In this document: one piece after another, positions 58,224-64,000 of the stretch
How positions within the stretch are numbered: the first letter of the stretch is position 1
How the letters are laid out: each line of letters starts with the position of its first letter
IMG/VR virus record: IMGVR_UViG_3300024297_000001
Strand: one strand, 5' to 3'
From: a virus
Lineage: Duplodnaviria > Caudoviricetes
Length of the DNA: 64,000 bases
Made by a program: the position numbers and the translations under genes
The notes under the pieces: generated by a model
The model's input: the letters and a program-made list of their open reading frames with translations, nothing else
What the model was told of the DNA's origin: nothing
Databases searched by the model: none

Positions 58224-59201
58224 TTACAATAGATACCCAAACATTAGGGCTCTATTTCTACTTATTAGTTCATCTCTCTCGTTGTTTGTATTTACATAAT
58301 ATACGCCTGTATTACCTGGACCTTCTGACTTAGAATAAAGATTTACACCGTCTGCTGGTGCTAATGGATCAACTGCAACATCATCAACTCCTGGTGTTGT
58401 TGCAATGTTTAGTACATCTTTAATTCTTACAGTACCTGTGCCTGGTGCTTCAAGTATCAAATCACCGTTACTAACTGTTCCTGAGATAGTTTGGTCTTTG
58501 ATGCGTACATCATTTAATTCAATTCTGTCTGGAAAGAATGTTGATATAACGGAACTATCCATCATAAAATCAACTCTACTTTGTCCACTAATATCAGAAG
58601 CATCAGTTACTTCTACTTGTGTGTTACCGTCTGCAATTTTTCTAATTGCTAAATCGTTTAGTGTTGCATCAATAACTTCATCAACATATAATTTATTTGT
58701 AAGTGCATGATCATCGTCATTGTTCTTAATGCTGTTACTATATGTTACTGCTGATCCAACTATTTTAACTGTTTCACCATTTGTGTCAAGATATAAACTA
58801 CTGCCGCCTGTTTGAATACTTGGCGCTCTAATACCTAAGTTGTTTCCAAGAACATCTCTAAATACAAATGTACCAAACACTTCTGTTGCTGGTGCGTTTG
58901 GATTTACATGTTCAATCGTTTCGTCAATTAAAAATAATGCATCTTCCTTTGTACCTCTATCAATTCTAATACCGGAAGTGCCTTCACCTACGCCAGCGCC
59001 TGTTTCACCTCTGTTTAATAAAATAATATTATCTTCAAGTTCTAAGTTTGTAGATTGTACCGTTACAGTATCACCTTCAACTATAAGATCACCAGTTACA
59101 CGTACTTCACCTGCGGCAACACCTGTGTCAAGACGTATAGTCCCACCACTTTGTGTTGTTACTGTATAATTTCCGTTTGGTACACTTACAAATTTTGACA
59201 T
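58224..59201 (-). CDS. Fibre-like structural protein (325 aa)
   Basis: VTGDLIVEGDTVTVQSTNLELEDNII.LN, LTNKLYVD; hydrophobic C-terminus. Confidence 0.6.
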   Translation of the reverse strand: MSKFVSVPNGNYTVTTQSGGTIRLDTGVAAGEVRVTGDLIVEGDTVTVQSTNLELEDNIILLNRGETGAGVGEGTSGIRIDRGTKEDALFLIDETIEHVNPNAPATEVFGTFVFRDVLGNNLGIRAPSIQTGGSSLYLDTNGETVKIVGSAVTYSNSIKNNDDDHALTNKLYVDEVIDATLNDLAIRKIADGNTQVEVTDASDISGQSRVDFMMDSSVISTFFPDRIELNDVRIKDQTISGTVSNGDLILEAPGTGTVRIKDVLNIATTPGVDDVAVDPLAPADGVNLYSKSEGPGNTGVYYVNTNNERDELISRNRALMFGYLL

Positions 59202-59219
59202 TTTAAAATCCTAAAGTAC

Positions 59220-59241
59220 TGTAGGGGATTGCTCCCCTACA
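59220..59241. other. Perfect 9-bp intergenic hairpin with a GCAA tetraloop (minus strand) and no U-tract
   Basis: TGTAGGGGA-GCAA-TCCCCTACA; likely an mRNA stabiliser or processing signal rather than a terminator. Confidence 0.6.
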
Positions 59242-59253
59242 ATATATTCTATA

Positions 59254-59703
59254 TTATGCGTTAGCGAAATCGTCATCATCAGTACCTGATAATGTATCGT
59301 CATCACCTGCTTCTTCAATTTGAACAGCACTGTCATTGTTTGCAGTACTAAAGTTCCATGCAATTGATGTTCCGCCTAAAGCGTTTGAACCTGTAGCATC
59401 TGGTGCAATGATTGTTGCTTTTCTTCCAGAAATCTTAGAAATCTGATAAGTTTCTGCGTCATCACCTTTAACAGTGATAGCCATTTCAGTACCAGTCAAT
59501 GCTGATGCTAATTTTGCTGTTGTTAAGAAACGATCGTAAGTTGTTCCTGGTGTACCGATTGCCGCTACACGAAACTTCTTCGCACCTAATTGCTTAACAA
59601 TATAACCTTCAGTAACAGCAGAGCCGTTATGAAAGTCAACTTTGATTTCGTTGCCACCTGCTGTAGGTACTCCGAAAAACTTTTTATTAATTGGTCTTCC
59701 CAT
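59254..59703 (-). CDS. Hypothetical protein (149 aa), possibly virion-associated
   Basis: Strong SD AGGAG; long structured leader. Confidence 0.65.
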   Translation of the reverse strand: MGRPINKKFFGVPTAGGNEIKVDFHNGSAVTEGYIVKQLGAKKFRVAAIGTPGTTYDRFLTTAKLASALTGTEMAITVKGDDAETYQISKISGRKATIIAPDATGSNALGGTSIAWNFSTANNDSAVQIEEAGDDDTLSGTDDDDFANA

Positions 59704-59795
59704 TTGTTTTCTCCTATATAAGTAGTCCTATCCGGGTTCTATCCGGTACGCAGTTGGTATTCTGCATAAGTCCGCCTTGCGGCACACTATCTGAC
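59704..59795 (-). promoter_or_regulatory. Cloverleaf-like structured 5' leader after late promoter ATAAATA (59801-59807)
   Basis: UAGU/ACUA closing stem plus three hairpins: UGCC-GCAA-GGCG, UAUGCAG/CUGCGUA, CCGG-AUAGAAC-CCGG. Confidence 0.5.
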
Positions 59796-59803
59796 ACAAG
59801 TAT

Positions 59804-60223
59804 TTATCTAATAGACAGAACTGGAGAATATTTTGGCTTTGTTGCTATATTGATAAATTCACGTACAAAGTCAAATCTTAGTGCTAATAATTCGAATATT
59901 TCAATGTCTAAATTGGTTGTAGCAAGGTTGTAACTGCTTTTTCCAATATTGGAATAGTAGTCAATGCTCATACCATAATCAGGAAATACGCCTGTAACAA
60001 AAAGACACGTGTCACCCAGTTCTTTTGCTGTTAATCTATAAGGCTGTTTTAATGATAGATATGCTTCTGCGAATGTTTTTTCTGGAAGGAAATTTGGCTT
60101 GTCTAATTTGTCTGCAAGAAGCATTACTACATACGCTTCAACTTCTAATGGAAGTTCGTAACCTGTAGTTGACTGTGCGTCTTTGACCAAGTCGTAAAAG
60201 GCCGTTGTGTATTCGTCCTTCAT
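59804..60223 (-). CDS. Hypothetical helical protein; probable start at ATG 60223 (MKDEYTTAF)
   Basis: ATAAATA (60229-60235) 5 nt before ATG 60223; KELGDTCLFVTGVFP...DYY..IGKSSY motif. Confidence 0.65.
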   Translation of the reverse strand: MKDEYTTAFYDLVKDAQSTTGYELPLEVEAYVVMLLADKLDKPNFLPEKTFAEAYLSLKQPYRLTAKELGDTCLFVTGVFPDYGMSIDYYSNIGKSSYNLATTNLDIEIFELLALRFDFVREFINIATKPKYSPVLSIR

Positions 60224-60244
60224 ACAAGTATTTATCGGGGAAAA

Positions 60245-60476
60245 CAACTATAACACTACTCGGGAGGCCTTGCTGTGAACTCACCTCCAACTTTCGATAA
60301 GCAGATCACATCTGAATTTTGCAAGGTTTAGATATGATACCTACTTCCAACCACCTCCATCTAAACCGAGCCACTTGGCCGCTTAAAAGACTTTAGTGTG
60401 CATTACGCCCCTGCCGAAGCGTTATTCTGCCACAAGTGCTAAGAGCTTATAACTCTCTTAGTTTGTGTTAAAGTTA
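60245..60476 (-). ncRNA. Candidate ~232-nt structured non-coding RNA of unknown class
   Basis: 5' and 3' ends pair (11 of 12 bp); at least 7 nested helices, one GNRA-capped; own sigma70-like promoter whose predicted +1 coincides with the 5' stem; no sizeable ORF. Confidence 0.7.
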
Positions 60477-60481
60477 ATATT

Positions 60482-60510
60482 AATATAACATTGTTTGCAG
60501 AAAAAAGCAA
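60482..60510 (-). promoter_or_regulatory. Sigma70-type promoter pointing into the candidate ncRNA
   Basis: TTGCTT (60510-60505), 17-nt spacer, TATATT (60487-60482), with an extended -10 TG. Confidence 0.7.
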
Positions 60511-60549
60511 GAGGTAGGTTTACCAAAATATATATTTTGATTTAGTCAT

Positions 60550-60579
60550 AAAAAAAGGGCGACCAAAGCCGCCCTTTTT
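60550..60579 (-). terminator. Rho-independent terminator after gp23
   Basis: AAAAAGGGCG-GCTTTGGT-CGCCCTTTTTT. Confidence 0.9.
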
Positions 60580-60602
60580 CGTGTTTCTATTAATTCTAAG
60601 AA

Positions 60603-61766
60603 TTAACTGAATGTTACACCTGTTACAGATACACGTGCCAAGTAGTCAGCCGCATTACCAAGAGATGATGCAGTGTTGTTTAACTCTACATAACCATATC
60701 TTGTCATGAAACTTACTACTGGTTCGAATGAACCTGGATCCAACACAACGCCTGAAGACATTAGCGGAATGTATGGGCAATAGAATGCCGCCGCATCTGC
60801 TTCTGATGTTCCTTTGTATCCAACAAGTACGTCTGTACTGTCTGATGCATAAGCGTCTACGTATACTTTCATAGCACTGTTTAATGTACCAACAAGTTTA
60901 GTGTTAGTAGGTGCTTCAAAAGTTCCTTCAGTTGTTCTTGCGAACGCTGAAGTTGTAGCAGACTGAAGTACTGTTAACGTATGCGGTGATACCACTGCAA
61001 AGTTACCAGCGCCACGTCTTGTACGCTGTGCGATCTTGTTAGCCGCTCTGTTAATCATTACAGCAAGTGCCGCATGTTCGTCACCGACGAATGTAGCAGT
61101 TCCTGATACAGCAGTTTGATCGTACTGTACATCTGATTCAGCCGCGCCAGCCAAGTTACGTAAAGAAGCAAGAACTTCTTGGTCGATTTCAGCAGTAATT
61201 TCTTGTGCTAAAGCCGCCATAATTTCCGCTTCAACGTCGATACCCTGTTGTGCTTGTGCATCTTGTGCAGATTCAAAAGTCCAACGAGCACTTAACTTAC
61301 GTGTTTTCGCTTCAACTGTTTGTTTTAAGATCTGAATTGACAATCTCTTACCTGCTTCACCTTCAAGTGCCGCTGTAGCAGATGCCTTATCAGTAGATCC
61401 ACCACCTGAATAGCCTAAGCCAATCTTGAACGGTGATAGAGCCTCTTCGCCTGCAGTCACATCATCTAATGTGTCTGAGTAACGAACTCTTAATGTGTGG
61501 ATTTGACCCACTGGTCCTGTCATAGGTTGAACACCAACGATTTCGTTAGCGATCACTGTAGGCATGACCCTTCTTATTACTGGTAGGATAACTCTATTTA
61601 AAGTTGCAACATTACCGGCAGAAGTTGCTCCTGCTGTAGCCGACTCAGCCAAGTATTTCTTGGTGTTGTCAAGCGTAGCAGACATAACAGACTTCTTATT
61701 GCCTTGTAGGCCTTCAAGTAATGCGCTCTTAGTTTCCTGCCATCTACTTTCTAATAGTTCTGACAT
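60603..61766 (-). CDS. gp23: Major capsid protein (T4 gp23-like, short 387-aa form)
   Basis: VIRRVMPTVIANEIVGVQPMTGPVGQIHTLRVRY, VEAKTRKLSARWTFE..QD, AFYCPYIPL, FMTRYG. Confidence 0.95.
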   Translation of the reverse strand: MSELLESRWQETKSALLEGLQGNKKSVMSATLDNTKKYLAESATAGATSAGNVATLNRVILPVIRRVMPTVIANEIVGVQPMTGPVGQIHTLRVRYSDTLDDVTAGEEALSPFKIGLGYSGGGSTDKASATAALEGEAGKRLSIQILKQTVEAKTRKLSARWTFESAQDAQAQQGIDVEAEIMAALAQEITAEIDQEVLASLRNLAGAAESDVQYDQTAVSGTATFVGDEHAALAVMINRAANKIAQRTRRGAGNFAVVSPHTLTVLQSATTSAFARTTEGTFEAPTNTKLVGTLNSAMKVYVDAYASDSTDVLVGYKGTSEADAAAFYCPYIPLMSSGVVLDPGSFEPVVSFMTRYGYVELNNTASSLGNAADYLARVSVTGVTFS

Positions 61767-61776
61767 TGATTTCTCC

Positions 61777-62883
61777 TTATTTTAATCCTGCAAGTCTTCT
61801 AATATCTACGACATTATCTGTTGCAGAATTACTTGCGCCATTTCTAACGTTAGATTCTTCTTTATTGCCTGTTACTTCTTTTGCCTCGGTAAGTGTCGCC
61901 TTCTTCTTCTCTGGAGTGTTACCATCAATAACGGACGGTAAGTACTTGTCAAACTGTTTTTGGATATTAGCAGTTTGTACAGACTCCAGTAAGTCTGACA
62001 TAATTTCTTTCTGTTCCTTGCTCAATGGAGCAGTTAACTCGGAAATTACTTCTTTTCTTTTTGCAGTATCTTGTGCTTTTTTGAACTCAAGATCCTTAGA
62101 CTCAACTAATTTAGTTGTTTTCTCAACAGTTGCTTTCGCTTCTGCTAATTGCTTGTCTTTCACCTCTACAACTTTTAAAAGTTTAGCAGTTTCTGATTTC
62201 TCATTCAAGTAAGAATTAGTGTACTCTTCTTGGAATGTTTCAAACAGTTTTCTACCAAAATCGTTTTTACGTGCTGAGTCGATGTCTTCTTTAAGTTGCC
62301 CAATCTCTTTTGTAAGAGTTTTTGCAACTGTGTTTTCAACAACTTTCGCTCCGTTTTTAACGAATTTTTCTTTTACAGTATCAAGATGCTTCTTAGCCTC
62401 TCTAATTAGTCGAACTTTAGTTTCTGCAAGATCCTTTTTGTCTTCGTGGAACTCTGCAATTTCTTTAGCCAAAGCCTCTACCACAAATTCCTCAAGTTTG
62501 CCAAATTTAGTTGACATTGCTTTTTGGTCTTCGTGTAACTCTGAAACTTCCTTGCCTAATTGTGCAACAACAAAGTTTTTAAGTAGGTCTGCGTTTTCAC
62601 GCATTGCTACATGGTACTTTGCTCTTGCTTCAGCAAGTTTTGTGCGGTCATCAGCAAATTCCGTAATCTCTGCACCAAGTCTATCCTCAACCATTTTTTC
62701 CACTGCTTCAGCCATTACTGACTTATCGTGGTCATATTTTTGAGCAAATTCTTCGCGAAGTTCTGCGGTTACTTCCTGACGGTTCTCTGTAATCTTAGCC
62801 GCCCATGCTTCTTCAATAGATGCTTTGATGTCTTCCGAAATTACGTTATTCTCAAAAAGTGATTTCAGTGCTTCCAACATCAT
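61777..62883 (-). CDS. gp22: Prohead scaffold/core protein (T4 gp22-like)
   Basis: Acidic coiled coil between the protease and the capsid gene; C-terminal IRRLAGL. Confidence 0.8.
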   Translation of the reverse strand: MMLEALKSLFENNVISEDIKASIEEAWAAKITENRQEVTAELREEFAQKYDHDKSVMAEAVEKMVEDRLGAEITEFADDRTKLAEARAKYHVAMRENADLLKNFVVAQLGKEVSELHEDQKAMSTKFGKLEEFVVEALAKEIAEFHEDKKDLAETKVRLIREAKKHLDTVKEKFVKNGAKVVENTVAKTLTKEIGQLKEDIDSARKNDFGRKLFETFQEEYTNSYLNEKSETAKLLKVVEVKDKQLAEAKATVEKTTKLVESKDLEFKKAQDTAKRKEVISELTAPLSKEQKEIMSDLLESVQTANIQKQFDKYLPSVIDGNTPEKKKATLTEAKEVTGNKEESNVRNGASNSATDNVVDIRRLAGLK

Positions 62884-62890
62884 GTTCTCC

Positions 62891-63511
62891 TTATTTTAAA
62901 CCTTGGATAATGTTAACCAAAGATTCTTTCAAATACTTCTGTGCCTTTGTGTCTTCTTTTACTTCGCGAGCCATATTAAATGCCTTATACCCACCTGTGG
63001 TATTCATCAAGTGCTCGTATATTGGAGTTGGATATGCTCCTGGAGCCGATGGTTGAGCAACTATATCAACTGTGATAATTTCAAAGTCGCTTACGTTACT
63101 GTCTTCATTTACGTTACCTGAACCACGCGATGAAACACCAAGTTTAACTCCGCTTTCCAGCATTGTTTTAACAAGTTGTCCCATCGGCGTAGGTAATACT
63201 TTTAACTTTCCATAACCGTTTGGTCCATCCATCCACATTTCTTTAATCATGTGCGAACAACGGTCAAGGTTAATGTTAAGGCCTTCTGGATGATCAACTT
63301 CACCAAGAACTGAATATCCTCCTTGAATCTGATCGTTAAGAGTGTTGACAGCCCTACTAATTTCACTTACGGGGTATATACGTTGGTTCGCATTGCGAAC
63401 GCCACCCTGTATACAAATACCTTTTAAATGAAGGTCTTTGCCGTCCTCAGTAGATTCCAGAACAATCTGAGCCTGGTCGAATGTCAAGTTCTCACGTAAT
63501 AAGTTCATCAA
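62891..63511 (-). CDS. gp21: Prohead protease (T4 gp21-like)
   Basis: NANQRIYP, LGEVDHP, LGVSSRGSG, TVDIVAQPSAPGA. Confidence 0.95.
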   Translation of the reverse strand: MMNLLRENLTFDQAQIVLESTEDGKDLHLKGICIQGGVRNANQRIYPVSEISRAVNTLNDQIQGGYSVLGEVDHPEGLNINLDRCSHMIKEMWMDGPNGYGKLKVLPTPMGQLVKTMLESGVKLGVSSRGSGNVNEDSNVSDFEIITVDIVAQPSAPGAYPTPIYEHLMNTTGGYKAFNMAREVKEDTKAQKYLKESLVNIIQGLK

Positions 63512-63525
63512 CTATTCCCTAACAA

Positions 63526-63999
63526 TTAAGAACCGATAACACTATTGCTATCTGCTCCTGCTTCGCCTGCGCCTTTTTTCTCAGCGCCGTGGCCTTTAGC
63601 GTTTGACATAGACTTAGATGCTTTACCGCCTGGTACGTTTACATTACCATGATCTTCAGTTTTAGGAGCACTTACAGTACCACCTTTTTCTTCTGCAGAT
63701 CCTTTTGCGATATTAGCCGCTGAACCGCCCATATCATTTTTACCAGCAACTGGAGATTTTGCTTTGTTATCTTCGCCTTTTGGCTCAGCAACTTTTTCAA
63801 CATACTCTCTCATTTGCTCAGTTTGTGATTTAGTACCTTCAAATGCTGGTACTTCATCTTCTACGCTAAGATCGGAAGATATTGCTTCATCTTCCTTTTC
63901 TTCTTCGTCGTCACCCATGTCGTCCATTGGTGCTTCCTCAGAATCTTCATCGTCACCTTCTTCCTTATCGCCCATCATTTTTTCAAATTCTGCTTTAAG
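63526..63999 (-). CDS. Acidic low-complexity prohead core-like protein, 5' end outside the window
   Basis: Frame stays open to the right edge (LKAEFEKMMGDKEEGDD...); occupies the gp67/gp68 position upstream of gp21. Confidence 0.6.
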   Translation of the reverse strand, partial: LKAEFEKMMGDKEEGDDEDSEEAPMDDMGDDEEEKEDEAISSDLSVEDEVPAFEGTKSQTEQMREYVEKVAEPKGEDNKAKSPVAGKNDMGGSAANIAKGSAEEKGGTVSAPKTEDHGNVNVPGGKASKSMSNAKGHGAEKKGAGEAGADSNSVIGS

Positions 64000-64000
64000 G

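Noticed and set aside
60383-60403. Micro-ORF MHTKVF inside the candidate ncRNA (tmRNA-like tag or leader peptide)
   Set aside because: Six codons arise easily by chance, and there is no tRNA-like domain or Ala-rich tag. Worth revisiting only if it is conserved.
60524-60539. Perfect 16-bp palindrome CAAAATATATATTTTG upstream of the ncRNA promoter (operator?)
   Set aside because: Almost all A/T, single copy, no second instance seen. It could simply be an UP-element-like tract.
362-63121. Numerous 60-175-aa opposite-strand or alternate-frame ORFs in the track (e.g. 2651-3010, 3991-4389, 36262-36783, 41812-42165, 62219-62743)
   Set aside because: They lie wholly within well-supported genes, lack SD or promoter context, and have the Ser/Leu/Phe-rich composition typical of antisense shadows.
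1-64000. CRISPR array, tRNA genes, integrase/transposase
   Set aside because: No regularly spaced direct repeats, no canonical GGTTCRA T-arm with an acceptor stem, and no such protein motifs seen by eye. A tRNAscan/CRT run would confirm.
1-64000. Stop-codon reassignment (alternative genetic code)
   Set aside because: Genes up to 2204 aa are intact under code 11, and TAG ends conserved genes (gp17, gp16-like, GT9) at the expected positions.

Overview
A 64-kb slice of the late (virion morphogenesis) region of a large, AT-rich T4-superfamily myophage. Most genes are on the minus strand, with one plus-strand block at 12591-18954. The short 387-aa major capsid protein and the gene order recall RAK2/GAP32-type jumbo phages, and many fibre proteins resemble those of aquatic T4-like phages; both comparisons are inference from memory, not a search. 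Recognisable core genes are gp23, gp22, gp21, gp17, gp16-like, gp4, gp18, gp19 plus a gp19-like paralog, gp13, gp14, gp15 and gp1 (dNMP kinase). About 35 kb encodes paralogous fibre and baseplate proteins. Two sugar/modification cassettes lie among the structural genes: Nudix-hldE-hldD-unknown-cupin, and nitrilase-GT9-SGNH-carbamoyltransferase. Most notable observations: (1) an unannotated ~232-nt, end-paired, highly structured RNA with its own sigma70-type promoter just downstream of the gp23 terminator; (2) three ~10%-cysteine gp38-like glycine-rich tip proteins with two chaperones, next to a late-expressed heptose/carbamoyl tailoring pathway; (3) cupredoxin-like domains with intact His/Cys/His/Met ligand sets on two tail proteins; (4) six late genes whose ATG lies exactly 5 nt after the (A)TAAATA late promoter, implying leaderless mRNAs; (5) two long structured late 5' leaders; (6) apparent systematic avoidance of GCWGC and AGCT. 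I saw no CRISPR array, tRNA, integrase, reverse transcriptase or intein. All calls come from reading the sequence by eye; nothing was computed or searched.
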